Assembly: GCA_934098525.1 (NCBI GenBank) | Contig: CAKONZ010000006.1 | Coordinates: forward strand, 23,504 to 87,503 | Length of the DNA stretch: 64,000 nucleotides | Direction of reading: 5' to 3' | Origin: an uncultured Bacilli bacterium | Lineage (GTDB): Bacteria; Bacillota_I; Bacilli_A; RF39; UBA660 | Part shown: positions 8,056-18,144 of the stretch, one piece after another | Position numbering within the stretch: position 1 is the first letter of the stretch | Layout: each line of letters begins with the position of its first letter | The notes under the pieces: model-generated | The model's input: the letters and a program-made list of their open reading frames with translations, nothing else | What the model was told of the DNA's origin: nothing | The model's database searches: none | Translations under genes and position numbers: made by a program

Positions 8056-10686
8056 TTATTTATTATTTTTAGCTTTAATTGCAGCTTGTGCAGCAGCAAG
8101 ACGTGCTATTGGTACTCTGAATGGTGAACAAGATACATAGTCTAGTCCAATTTTATTACAAAATTCTACTGATGAAGGATCTCCACCATGTTCTCCACAG
8201 ATACCAACGTGTAATTTATTATTTACTGGTTTTCCTAAGTCAATTGCCATTTTCATTAATTTTCCAACACCATTTTGGTCTAATTTAGCAAATGGATCGT
8301 TTTCAAATATTTTGTTATCATAGTATGATGTTAAGAATTTACCAGCGTCATCTCTTGAGAATCCATAAGTCATTTGTGTTAAATCGTTTGTTCCGAAACA
8401 GAAGAAGTCAGCTTCTTTTGCTATTTCGTCAGCAGTAAGTGCTGCTCTTGGAATTTCTATCATAGTACCTACTTCATATTCTAGATTTATTCCAGATGCT
8501 TTTATTTCAGCGTCAGCAGTTTCTACTACTACATTTTTAACAAATTTTAATTCTTTAACTTCACATACAAGTGGAATCATAATTTCTGGTTTTACATTCC
8601 AATCAGGATGTTTCTTCTTTGTATTGATTGCTGCACGAATAACAGCTTTTGTTTGCATTTTTGCAATTTCTGGATATGTAACAGCAAGACGGCATCCACG
8701 ATGTCCCATCATTGGGTTAAATTCATGAAGTGATGCAATTAAATTTTTGATTTGTTCTACTGTTTTTCCTTGAGAATCTGCTAATTTTTTAATATCAGCT
8801 TCTTCAGTTGGAACAAATTCATGTAGAGGTGGATCCAAATATCTAATTGTTACTGGGAATCCTTCTAATGCTTCATATAATTTTTCAAAGTCACTTTGTT
8901 GATATGGTAATATTTTATCTAAAGCAGCTTCTCTTTCTTCAACAGTATCAGCACAGATCATTTCTCTGAATGCTGCAATTCTGTCTTCTTCAAAGAACAT
9001 GTGTTCAGTTCTACATAAACCGATACCTTCTGCTCCTAGTTCACGAGCTTTTTTAGCGTCTGTTGGAGTATCTGCATTAGTTCTAACTTTTAATGTTCTG
9101 AATTTATCAGCCCAATCCATAACTCTACCAAATTCTCCAGCAATTTTTGCATCTACTGTAGGAATTAGTCCATCATAGATGTTTCCTGTAGTACCATCTA
9201 TTGAGATAGCATCTCCTTCATGATATGTTTTTCCTGCTAAAGTGAAACGTTTATTTTCTTCATCCATAGCGATATCACCACATCCTGATACACAGCAAGT
9301 TCCCATTCCACGAGCTACTACTGCAGCATGTGAAGTCATTCCTCCACGAACTGTTAAGATACCTTGTGAAGCTTTCATTCCTGTTATATCTTCTGGAGAA
9401 GTTTCAAGACGTACTAGTACAACTTTTTCTCCTCTTGCATTCCAGTTTTCAGCATCTTCTGCAGTAAATACAATTTTACCACATGCTGCTCCTGGTGATG
9501 CTCCTAAACCTTTTCCTACTGGTTTAGCTTCTTTTAATGCTTTAGCATCAAATTGTGGATGTAATAGTGTATCTAAATTACGAGGATCGATCATTTCTAC
9601 TGCTTCTTCTTCAGTACGCATTCCTTCATCTACTAAATCGCAAGCAATTTTAAGAGCTGCTTGAGCTGTTCTTTTTCCGTTTCTTGTTTGTAACATATAT
9701 AGTTTACCATGTTCAACAGTAAATTCCATATCTTGCATGTCTCTGTAATGTTCTTCCAAAGTTTTACAAACTTCTTTAAATTGTTTGAATGCTTCTGGGA
9801 ATTTGTTTTCCATTTCACTAATTTTCATTGGAGTACGAACACCTGCTACAACGTCTTCACCTTGAGCATTAGTTAGGAATTCTCCAAATAATCCTTTAGC
9901 ACCAGTTGCTGGATCACGAGTGAATGCAACACCTGTACCACAATCGTCTCCCATATTACCAAATGCCATAGATTGAACATTTACAGCAGTTCCCCATGAA
10001 TAAGGAATATCATTATCTCTTCTGTAAACGTTAGCTCTTGGATTATCCCATGATCTAAATACGGCTTTGATAGCTCCCATTAATTGTTCTTTTGGATCTG
10101 ATGGGAAATCTTTTCCGATTTTTTCTTTGTATTCTGCTTTAAACTCTCTAGCTAATTCTTTTAAGTCGTCAGCATCAAGTTCAATGTCTTGTGTAACTCC
10201 TTTTTTAGCTTTCATTTCATCAATAAGTTGTTCAAAGTATTTTTTTCCAACTTCCATTACTACATCTGAATACATTTGAATGAATCTTCTGTAGCAGTCC
10301 CAAGCCCATCTTGGATTGTTAGATTTTTCAGCTATAACTTTTACAACATCTTCATTTAAACCTAAATTTAGGATTGTATCCATCATTCCTGGCATTGATG
10401 CTCTAGCACCTGAACGAACTGAAACAAGTAATGGGTTTTCTAAGTCACCGAATTTTTTACCTGTTATTTCTTCCATTTTAGCTATGTACTCGTTAATTTG
10501 ACTTTGGATTTCATCATTAATTTCTCTTCCATCTTCATAGTACTTTGTACAAGCTTCAGTTGTTATTGTGAAACCTTGAGGTACTGGTAAACCAATATTA
10601 GTCATTTCTGCTAAGTTAGCACCTTTACCACCAAGTAAGTTTCTCATATCTGCATTTCCTTCTGTGAATGCATATACATACTTCAT
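8056..10686 (-). CDS. ppdK: Pyruvate, phosphate dikinase
   Basis: 876 aa. N-terminal ATP-grasp (GGKGANLAEM), phosphohistidine region (RGGMTSHAAVVARGMG) and a C-terminal PEP-utilising domain (GICGEHGGDP). Confidence 0.97.
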   Translation of the reverse strand: MKYVYAFTEGNADMRNLLGGKGANLAEMTNIGLPVPQGFTITTEACTKYYEDGREINDEIQSQINEYIAKMEEITGKKFGDLENPLLVSVRSGARASMPGMMDTILNLGLNEDVVKVIAEKSNNPRWAWDCYRRFIQMYSDVVMEVGKKYFEQLIDEMKAKKGVTQDIELDADDLKELAREFKAEYKEKIGKDFPSDPKEQLMGAIKAVFRSWDNPRANVYRRDNDIPYSWGTAVNVQSMAFGNMGDDCGTGVAFTRDPATGAKGLFGEFLTNAQGEDVVAGVRTPMKISEMENKFPEAFKQFKEVCKTLEEHYRDMQDMEFTVEHGKLYMLQTRNGKRTAQAALKIACDLVDEGMRTEEEAVEMIDPRNLDTLLHPQFDAKALKEAKPVGKGLGASPGAACGKIVFTAEDAENWNARGEKVVLVRLETSPEDITGMKASQGILTVRGGMTSHAAVVARGMGTCCVSGCGDIAMDEENKRFTLAGKTYHEGDAISIDGTTGNIYDGLIPTVDAKIAGEFGRVMDWADKFRTLKVRTNADTPTDAKKARELGAEGIGLCRTEHMFFEEDRIAAFREMICADTVEEREAALDKILPYQQSDFEKLYEALEGFPVTIRYLDPPLHEFVPTEEADIKKLADSQGKTVEQIKNLIASLHEFNPMMGHRGCRLAVTYPEIAKMQTKAVIRAAINTKKKHPDWNVKPEIMIPLVCEVKELKFVKNVVVETADAEIKASGINLEYEVGTMIEIPRAALTADEIAKEADFFCFGTNDLTQMTYGFSRDDAGKFLTSYYDNKIFENDPFAKLDQNGVGKLMKMAIDLGKPVNNKLHVGICGEHGGDPSSVEFCNKIGLDYVSCSPFRVPIARLAAAQAAIKAKNNK

Positions 10687-10816
10687 ATTCTCTTCTCCTT
10701 TTCTTGATTTTTTAACATTTATTCAATGTTTCTAGTTATTATTTTAGCAAAAAAAACTACCAATTACTAGAAAAAAATAAAAAAATATTATACAATTGTT
10801 TTTAGAGGTGAATAAA

Positions 10817-11362
10817 ATGACAAAATTATCTAAAATAAAAGATAAGATTGATAAAACTAATAAAATTAATGATAAGAAATTTATGGTGTTTGAAGGAGCT
10901 TTTTTGATATTAGTAAGTTTATTAACTTTGATATTTGATATTAAACTTACTGATCTTACTTTACTTTATTTATTTCCAATAACTTTAATTATTTTGTCTT
11001 TAGAATATTTGGTTATGGCTGATAAGAATAAAGCTTTAAAAACTTCTAATTGGATATTTTTAATTATTCCTGGTCTTTATTATTTATTAGTTTCTTTATA
11101 TGTAGTAATTACTAAAAATATTGATCCTTCAAGTTTTATTGTTTTATTAGCTAGTACTATTATATTTAAAAATATTATGTATTTTCTTGCATTTAAGGAA
11201 AAAAAGATATTTGATTATATAAGAATAGTATTTATGATTATTTTATCTATATTACTTATTATTTTTAAAGATATTGTTAGTGAAGATTTAGTTTTATATT
11301 TAGGTATTTTATTTATAGTAGTTGGAATAATAAAAATTATTAGAGTTATTATTAAGAAATAA
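10817..11362 (+). CDS. Hypothetical polytopic membrane protein
   Basis: About 5 hydrophobic helices. Start set at ATG 10817, behind GAGGTGA. Confidence 0.5.
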   Translation: MTKLSKIKDKIDKTNKINDKKFMVFEGAFLILVSLLTLIFDIKLTDLTLLYLFPITLIILSLEYLVMADKNKALKTSNWIFLIIPGLYYLLVSLYVVITKNIDPSSFIVLLASTIIFKNIMYFLAFKEKKIFDYIRIVFMIILSILLIIFKDIVSEDLVLYLGILFIVVGIIKIIRVIIKK

Positions 11363-11368
11363 AAATTT

Positions 11369-11404
11369 AAAAAAATTCAGTTCGTTATTGAACTGAATTT
11401 TTTA
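11369..11404. terminator. Bidirectional terminator between convergent genes, overlapping the stop codon of the 1006-aa ORF
   Basis: Perfect 15-bp stem AAAAAAATTCAGTTC / GAACTGAATTTTTTT. The minus-strand stop codon (11385-11387) lies in the loop. Confidence 0.65.
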
Positions 11405-14400
11405 TTTTGTTTTTCTTTCTTGTTATTATATAAATACCAATTCCTGATATTAAAATACCGGTAGTTACTAAAATTATATTTCTTGTTGATGATGTTATTG
11501 GTACAACTATTTCTTCTCCATTTTTTTCTTTATTAAATGATACATAGTTAGTACGTTTCCAACCAGATAATACATTTCCTTCAATAGTTAAATCTCTATA
11601 ATATAGAATTCTATAATTATTGTATGATGTTCTTCTTAATCCTTCATTTTTTGTATACATATTTATATCAACTTCTAGTAAATCATCAGCCTGGATATTT
11701 TCACTTGTTATTTTTACTATGTTTACTTTTTCAAAATCAGATTCACTCCATGAAGATACATCACTTTCACTATACCATCTTATTTTTTGTAGATCAGATA
11801 TTTTTCCAGTTGGTGTTACATCTTGAGCATAGAAGATTTTATATTTATTTGAATCAGGATTTTGTATTTTTTCTACATACATATTGAATTCAAATTGTTT
11901 GTAATTTTCTTCTAATTTATAAATGAAGTCTGTACCCCAGTTTTCATTCTTTTTTGGGATTGGAACATATATTTCTTCTTTTCTAGCTGTTACATTACTA
12001 TCGTTTCTAGAAATAACTTTTATTTGAGCTTTATCATTTTCTATTTTTATAGATTCATTGTTGTCTAAGTACTTATAATCACTATCTTTTACTTTTACAG
12101 TAGCATTTATATCAACTTGAGTTTTTATTTGATAATTGTTTCCTGGTTTTTGATATGACATAACATCAGATGTTTCGCCATCATTATTAACATCATAAGG
12201 GTCACCATAGATTGTAGATGGAGAAGAAATATCTGTATGTATTCTTTTTATATATTTATCTGTTACAAATACTGTATCTGAATATAAGTAGTTTTCTTCA
12301 GAATCTCTATAAAATTCAGGTATATCTACACTAAATTCTATTGTTTTTGTAACATATCTTCTATCGTATAAATTATTACCAAAATATCCAGTTTTTGCTT
12401 CAGGATCATTTTTTGGCCATGTTATTTTATATATCGTATATGTTTTATTATTTCTTGTTATATCATAATTTTCTATTTTATATTTTGTACATTCTTCTTT
12501 ATCATCGTTTTTGATAGTTAAGTCTTTTTCTTTAATACTTAAACCTTTTGGTAGTTTTATATATATTATTGGATTATAAAATGCAAAGATATTAGCTTCT
12601 CTTGACGCGGAAATTGGCTCTAAATTATATTTAAAGTTCATTGTTTCTCCAGGATAATATATATTAGAATTCATTGTGTTTTTTGGGTATATTGTTAAGG
12701 TATATGGATATACGGTTACATAACTAAAACCATTAGTAGTATATTTATCACCATATATTTTTATGTTTACTTGATATGTTACATTTGGTAAGGTATCATC
12801 TTCTAGTTTTGCTTTTACTGACTCGACTAAACTATCTTTAAATGTTCCAAAGTATATGAAGGCATTTTGATAATCTACATTTGTAGCTTTTCCTGGAATT
12901 GTTCCGATCTTATATTTAACATAAGTTATGCAATTATTGTTGTTATCTTCTGTTACCATTCCTCTTGTAAATTGAACATATCCTAGAGCTGCGTTGTTTT
13001 CTAGTGAGTTGACTGGACTTCCAAGTTTTTCATATAAAGATTTTGTTGCTTTTGTTACTTGGTTATCATTTATTTTATATTCTAGATCTGTTATATCTTG
13101 TTTCAATACTGCTGGTAATCTTATTCCTGAGATACATAAGTTATCTGGGGCAGTTATTTCTACATATTTTTCTTCACTATCTATTGGTGAATCATTACTA
13201 AGAAGGAAGCCTCCAAGTCTTATTATTTCATTTTTATTATTTATATCAAAACCATGTACTCCAGTATAACGTCTAGCTTCAACTTTTTCTGTGTCTAAAA
13301 TTTTAAATATTTCTTTGTAATTTGTAGTTTTAGTTACTTCTTTTCCTCCAAAAGTTTTATAAGTAATGCTGTCTACTTTTATTTGAAATTGTTGGTTTTC
13401 TTCTACACTAATGTTACTGAAATTCCATACGGGATTTATTCCTAAGTGTCCTAATTCTAAATTAACTTTTTTGATTATGAATACGTGTTTTCCTGCGCTT
13501 ATGTTAGAGGAAGATTCATCGTATGTCCAATCAGTTCTTGCAGATGTTTTCTTTTCTACTCCTCCTTTTTTAAATTCTTCAAAACGAGTATTGGCAGGAG
13601 TTGTTATAACTACTTTTACGTAATCCATATATAATGAAACATAGTTGTTGTCATATAATCCTACTAATCTATCATCCATTATATAGTTACTATTGGCATC
13701 TTTTTTTGAGCCATATATGATTTTATTATCTCTATCTTGACCATTTATTGTTATATAGTCATCTGGGTATGTTACGTTTACACTTAGTGTTTTTGCTAAG
13801 CCAAAATCTTCTATGGAGTCCCCTATTTTTATTTTTGCTTGGGCAGTTATTGCATCTTTTATTTCGCTATAATTTAATGTTCTATCGGCGGCAATTTTTA
13901 CTGTTATTGTTACCTCATTATTTATTCCTACTTTTTCTTTGTTGATTTCAAATCTCTTTGTTCCGAATTTTGTTGTGTAGTTAGAAGCACCTTTATATGT
14001 TTTATAAATTTCTAAAGTTTTTTTATATTCTTCTGTTTGTAGTTTATCTTCTTCGGTAACACTTAATAATTTATCTGGAAGACTGCCTTTTCCTTCCCAG
14101 TCATTCCATTCTAAACCATTTTTTAAGGTAACATCTATGTATTCATCACCTTCTACTTCTTGAGGAAAGAAGGCTTGTATCTTTACATTATATATGTTAG
14201 CTGTATGATTAGTTTTGTCTATTGAAATGTTAGCATTTTCTTTTACTTCAGCATTAGTATCATCCACTATTGATAGATTTGTGATACCACCATCAATTGC
14301 ATATGAGCTACTAATTATTTTGGCAATTGAGCCTGCTACTAAGGCAATAACTGCAAGGCCTCCAAGTATGAATCTTCCACTATTTTGTTTTATATAATTT

Positions 14401-14405
14401 TTCAA
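11385..14405 (-). CDS. Large cell-surface protein (hypothetical), N-terminal signal and C-terminal TM anchor
   Basis: 1006 aa. N-terminal hydrophobic segment (FILGGLAVIALVAG), a long beta-rich-looking body, and a C-terminal NIILVTTGILISGIGIYIITRKKNK. Confidence 0.6.
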   Translation of the reverse strand: MKNYIKQNSGRFILGGLAVIALVAGSIAKIISSSYAIDGGITNLSIVDDTNAEVKENANISIDKTNHTANIYNVKIQAFFPQEVEGDEYIDVTLKNGLEWNDWEGKGSLPDKLLSVTEEDKLQTEEYKKTLEIYKTYKGASNYTTKFGTKRFEINKEKVGINNEVTITVKIAADRTLNYSEIKDAITAQAKIKIGDSIEDFGLAKTLSVNVTYPDDYITINGQDRDNKIIYGSKKDANSNYIMDDRLVGLYDNNYVSLYMDYVKVVITTPANTRFEEFKKGGVEKKTSARTDWTYDESSSNISAGKHVFIIKKVNLELGHLGINPVWNFSNISVEENQQFQIKVDSITYKTFGGKEVTKTTNYKEIFKILDTEKVEARRYTGVHGFDINNKNEIIRLGGFLLSNDSPIDSEEKYVEITAPDNLCISGIRLPAVLKQDITDLEYKINDNQVTKATKSLYEKLGSPVNSLENNAALGYVQFTRGMVTEDNNNNCITYVKYKIGTIPGKATNVDYQNAFIYFGTFKDSLVESVKAKLEDDTLPNVTYQVNIKIYGDKYTTNGFSYVTVYPYTLTIYPKNTMNSNIYYPGETMNFKYNLEPISASREANIFAFYNPIIYIKLPKGLSIKEKDLTIKNDDKEECTKYKIENYDITRNNKTYTIYKITWPKNDPEAKTGYFGNNLYDRRYVTKTIEFSVDIPEFYRDSEENYLYSDTVFVTDKYIKRIHTDISSPSTIYGDPYDVNNDGETSDVMSYQKPGNNYQIKTQVDINATVKVKDSDYKYLDNNESIKIENDKAQIKVISRNDSNVTARKEEIYVPIPKKNENWGTDFIYKLEENYKQFEFNMYVEKIQNPDSNKYKIFYAQDVTPTGKISDLQKIRWYSESDVSSWSESDFEKVNIVKITSENIQADDLLEVDINMYTKNEGLRRTSYNNYRILYYRDLTIEGNVLSGWKRTNYVSFNKEKNGEEIVVPITSSTRNIILVTTGILISGIGIYIITRKKNKIKNSVQ

Positions 14406-14482
14406 ATTTCATCACTATCCTTTTAGTGTTCTATAATAAGATAATTATATATTATTTTTTTAAAATGTGCAATTGTTTCACT

Positions 14483-14505
14483 AAAAAAAGTCAATATATG
14501 ACTTT
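14483..14505 (-). terminator. Terminator at the end of queH
   Basis: AAAGTCA-ATATA-TGACTTT hairpin with a following T-run on the minus strand. Confidence 0.5.
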
Positions 14506-15106
14506 AATAATTATTTTGATTTATAGAATATTTACATCCACAATAAGTTTGTCTATATAACTTGTATTTTTTTGATAGTTCTATGCTTCTTTTATAACCA
14601 TCTTTTTTCTTAAAATCTGAGTATAAGTATTTAACATTATATTTTTGTTCTAATGATTTACCTATTGTGTTTAATACTTGACTGTTTTTGTAAGGGCTTA
14701 CTGATAAGGAGGTTGTAAAGTAATCAAAGTTGTTAGAGCAGGCATATCTTGCTGTTTCTTCTAGACGATAGAGATAACATTTGTGACAACGTATTCCACC
14801 CTCTTTTTCGTTTTCTAATCCTTCTACAAATTTATAGTAGTCATTGTCATCATATTTACCTTCAACTATTTTGATTTTATTATTTAATATATTATTTAAT
14901 TTTATTACTTCATCAAATCTTTTTTTGTATTCATTATATGGATAAGTATTAGGATTATAATAAAAAATAGTTATATCAAAATAGTTACTTAATACTTCTA
15001 AAACAGCACTACTACATGGAGCACAACATACATGTAAAAGTAGTGTTTTTTTAGTAGTTAATTTTTTTATTTCTTCTTCCATTAAAATTTGATAATTTGT
15101 ATTCAT
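14504..15106 (-). CDS. queH: Epoxyqueuosine reductase QueH (DUF208)
   Basis: LLLHVCCAPCSS...RCHKCY...YCGCKYS matches the QueH Cys pattern. Start set at ATG 15106, behind GGTGG. Confidence 0.85.
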   Translation of the reverse strand: MNTNYQILMEEEIKKLTTKKTLLLHVCCAPCSSAVLEVLSNYFDITIFYYNPNTYPYNEYKKRFDEVIKLNNILNNKIKIVEGKYDDNDYYKFVEGLENEKEGGIRCHKCYLYRLEETARYACSNNFDYFTTSLSVSPYKNSQVLNTIGKSLEQKYNVKYLYSDFKKKDGYKRSIELSKKYKLYRQTYCGCKYSINQNNY

Positions 15107-15138
15107 AAAAACCACCAAAGATATATTACCACAAGAAT

Positions 15139-15165
15139 AAAAAAAATGCCATAGAAAGGCATTTT
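15139..15165 (-). terminator. Terminator downstream of 15164..15922
   Basis: AAAATGCC-ATAGAAA-GGCATTTT hairpin with a T-run on the minus strand. Confidence 0.55.
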
Positions 15166-15922
15166 AATTACAACCATATGTTATGGCAAATTCATATGAA
15201 TTATCATCTTTTATCCATAAACCATTACCACATCCATGAGTATCTAACATTTTTAATAATTCTTCATTTGAAAGACCAGTTACGGTTACAGTTTTACTGT
15301 TTCTAATTTCTTTATAAAATTCTTCTTCTGATAATCCTATTTTTTTCATAGCTTCAAATAATGTTAATTCTTTATCATTTTTAATATCATAGAAATAATT
15401 ATATCTATATGCATAGTCACTTTGAGCTCCTCCGTCTTCAGATATAAAAGCGTAACGTTCTAAATCGTTTACTACATCAATAAAAATTACATCATTTTTT
15501 ATAAAGTAATTATAGTAAGTTTTTATATCACAAGTAGTATCTGTACCATATGTATCGTAGTTTGATTTTAAAGCATCTTGTAATATTTTTTTGTTTAATT
15601 CTTTTATTACTTTAGTGTTTCCTGTTATTCTTGGAACTTCAATATCTATAGTAATACTATCTTTTCCTTGACTAAGTTTTAGTTTTTTTATTTCTTCTCT
15701 TACATTATCTAGTTTTATAGTACTTTTATTAGTATATGCTGTTTCTAGTTTTATTTGAGTATTGTTTTTGTTATCATTATTATATTTTTTTGTGTCATTT
15801 TTTACTTCATTTGTGTTATCTTTTTTGTTTGAAAGCATATCATATGTTATATATCCTAATGATCCTACTAATAGTACTGATAATATAACTATGATGGTTA
15901 AAAATTTTTTGTTATTTTCCAT
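15164..15922 (-). CDS. Hypothetical membrane-anchored protein (paralogue 1, shared N-terminal module)
   Basis: The first ~50 aa (MENNKKFLTIIVILSVLLVGSLGYITYD.LSNKKDNTNEVKNDTKK) are nearly identical to the next gene. The ectodomain is unrelated. Confidence 0.55.
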   Translation of the reverse strand: MENNKKFLTIIVILSVLLVGSLGYITYDMLSNKKDNTNEVKNDTKKYNNDNKNNTQIKLETAYTNKSTIKLDNVREEIKKLKLSQGKDSITIDIEVPRITGNTKVIKELNKKILQDALKSNYDTYGTDTTCDIKTYYNYFIKNDVIFIDVVNDLERYAFISEDGGAQSDYAYRYNYFYDIKNDKELTLFEAMKKIGLSEEEFYKEIRNSKTVTVTGLSNEELLKMLDTHGCGNGLWIKDDNSYEFAITYGCN

Positions 15923-15932
15923 AACTTTTCTC

Positions 15933-16607
15933 CTATCTATTTTTTTCTAATGCTTCAAATGTTAGTCTTAATGTTTCTCTTATATCTTCATTTTTTTCTT
16001 TGCTGTTTTTTGTCAATAATACTTTAGCTGAGTCTGCTGCTGGTTCATCTGATTTTGGATCTGTTAAGGTATTGTCAGAATTGATTGTTATTGTTTTTGT
16101 TTTGTTTATTACTTTTTTACTTGCATCACTACCCATTTTAAATATACAGTTTAGTGTTATTGTATTATTATCAATAGTGTAGTTTCCAATATATCCCCAT
16201 CCTGCTATAGTTCCCATACGATATATGAAGGTTCCATCTTCATTTAATATTAATTTATAACTTGCTATTAATGTGTTGCCATCTTCTTCTATTTCTGTTT
16301 TATTAGTATATACTCCATATACATTTTTATATGTATATTTTGTTGGTATTACTTGAGTACCTGAAGAATCTTTAGGTTGATTGTCTTTATCATTTTTAAT
16401 TTGACTATCTTTGTTGTCACCCTTAGTTGTATCATCTTTTGTCTTGTTTTCTTTGTTATCATTGTTATCTTTTTTTGTGTCATTTTTTACTTCATTTGTG
16501 TTATCTTTTTTGTTTGAAAGTTTATCATATGTTATATATCCTAATGATCCTACTAATAGTACTGATAATATAACTATGATAGTTAAAAATCTTTTGTTAT
16601 TTTCCAT
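15933..16607 (-). CDS. Hypothetical membrane-anchored protein (paralogue 2, shared N-terminal module)
   Basis: Start moved to ATG 16607 (GAGGAGAAAAGTTATG), homologous to the start of paralogue 1. The upstream 25 codons of the ORF track lack an RBS. Confidence 0.55.
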   Translation of the reverse strand: MENNKRFLTIIVILSVLLVGSLGYITYDKLSNKKDNTNEVKNDTKKDNNDNKENKTKDDTTKGDNKDSQIKNDKDNQPKDSSGTQVIPTKYTYKNVYGVYTNKTEIEEDGNTLIASYKLILNEDGTFIYRMGTIAGWGYIGNYTIDNNTITLNCIFKMGSDASKKVINKTKTITINSDNTLTDPKSDEPAADSAKVLLTKNSKEKNEDIRETLRLTFEALEKNR

Positions 16608-16778
16608 AACTTTTCTCCTCCTTCTCTTTTTAACAATTTCATTATAACATACCCCCTCCGGGTCAATTTTTTTTATTAACAATTATTTTTTACTTTACGT
16701 AAATCTATAGTTTAAAATATAAAAAAGGATAGACTATAATGATATAGATCTATCTTGAATTTATCTATTTATTTAATA

Positions 16779-18140
16779 CTATAATTGGTCTATTAAAGTT
16801 TCTAGTGCCATACCACGAGATGCTTTTAAAAGAATTGTATCTTTTTCTTTTATTATTTTGTCTTTTTGTTTTATGAATGATTCTTTTGTGTCAAAATGAT
16901 AAGCATTATTTTTATTAAAACCTTTTCTTATTGCTTCATCATATATATATTTAGATGATTTGCCTATAGTTATTAGAATATCAGTATTATCTTTTATATT
17001 GTCTCCGATTGTTCTATGAATTTTTTCTTCATATACTCCAGTTTCAAAAATATCTCCAAGTATTGCTACTCTTCTATCTTTATAGTTTTTTAATACATTT
17101 AGTGCTGATATCATTGAGTCACAACTAGCATTATATGTGTCATTTATAATACGATATTTATCTGTTTTAAAGATATCAAGACGCATTTTTGTTAGTTCGA
17201 AGTGTTTTAAACCTTTTTTGATATCTTTAATTTCTATGTTATTTTCTAACCCTACTAATATTGCTGCTAAGGCATTTAATATGTTATGTTTAGCAGGAGT
17301 TGGAATGGTAAACTTTTCTTCTTTGTTGTTTATTATGCATGAAAAGTCTATTTTTTCTTCGTTTATTTTATAGTTGTTACAATATATATCATTATCCTTT
17401 TCAAAACCGTATGTAAGTAATTTATATTTTAGTTTTTTTGTTTTTAAGGTTTTTAAAAATTTATCATCACCATTTACTATTAATATATTGTCTTTAGTAA
17501 AGTTTGTGGTAATTTCCATTTTTGTTTTAAATATTCCTTCTTGGTTTTTAAAGTGTTCAATGTGTGACATACCAATATTAGAAATTATTGCTATTTTGGG
17601 TTCAACTATATTAGCAAGATGTTTTATTTCTCCTTTATAACTCATTCCCATTTCTATTACAGCTTTTTCAATAGTATTGTCTAAATTTAATAGGGTTTTT
17701 GGTACTCCTATTTCATTGTTAAAGTTACCTTCATTCTTTAATGTTTTGTACTTTTGATTTAATACTGAATATATCATATCTTTAGTAGAGGTTTTTCCTA
17801 CACTTCCAGTTACTCCTATGTATTGAATGTTAAATTTATTTTTATAATATTTTGATATGTATCCAAATGATTTTGTTGTATCTTTTACTCTAATTAAATT
17901 TATATCTTCTTTGTTGAATTTGTGATTTTTGTCTATTAGAAAGGTTCTACAACCATTTTGATATGCTGATTCCATGAATTTATGACCATCATTTACTTCT
18001 CCTATTATAGGAATGAATAAGGTGTTTTCTTTTATATCATTACTATTTAAAGATATATAAGTTATTTCTTGATTAGAGTTTTTCTTTAATAGTTTACCTT
18101 TAGTTGCTAAAACTATTTCATTTATACTAAATTTATACAT
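16779..18140 (-). CDS. murF: UDP-N-acetylmuramoyl-tripeptide--D-alanyl-D-alanine ligase
   Basis: GVTGSVGKTSTKDM P-loop, Mur ligase middle and C-terminal domains, positioned directly after murE. Confidence 0.9.
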   Translation of the reverse strand: MYKFSINEIVLATKGKLLKKNSNQEITYISLNSNDIKENTLFIPIIGEVNDGHKFMESAYQNGCRTFLIDKNHKFNKEDINLIRVKDTTKSFGYISKYYKNKFNIQYIGVTGSVGKTSTKDMIYSVLNQKYKTLKNEGNFNNEIGVPKTLLNLDNTIEKAVIEMGMSYKGEIKHLANIVEPKIAIISNIGMSHIEHFKNQEGIFKTKMEITTNFTKDNILIVNGDDKFLKTLKTKKLKYKLLTYGFEKDNDIYCNNYKINEEKIDFSCIINNKEEKFTIPTPAKHNILNALAAILVGLENNIEIKDIKKGLKHFELTKMRLDIFKTDKYRIINDTYNASCDSMISALNVLKNYKDRRVAILGDIFETGVYEEKIHRTIGDNIKDNTDILITIGKSSKYIYDEAIRKGFNKNNAYHFDTKESFIKQKDKIIKEKDTILLKASRGMALETLIDQL

Positions 18141-18144
18141 AAAA

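Noticed and set aside
9242-9664. 140-aa plus-strand ORF inside ppdK (also 10067-10279 and 10316-10501)
   Set aside because: Antisense to an unambiguous 876-aa PPDK gene, with no start context and Ser/Ala/Pro-rich mirror-frame composition.
12165-12194. DVNNDGETSD loop in the 1006-aa surface protein as a second dockerin
   Set aside because: It is a single DxNxDG loop with no duplicated segment and no flanking dockerin helices. Isolated Ca-binding-like loops are common.
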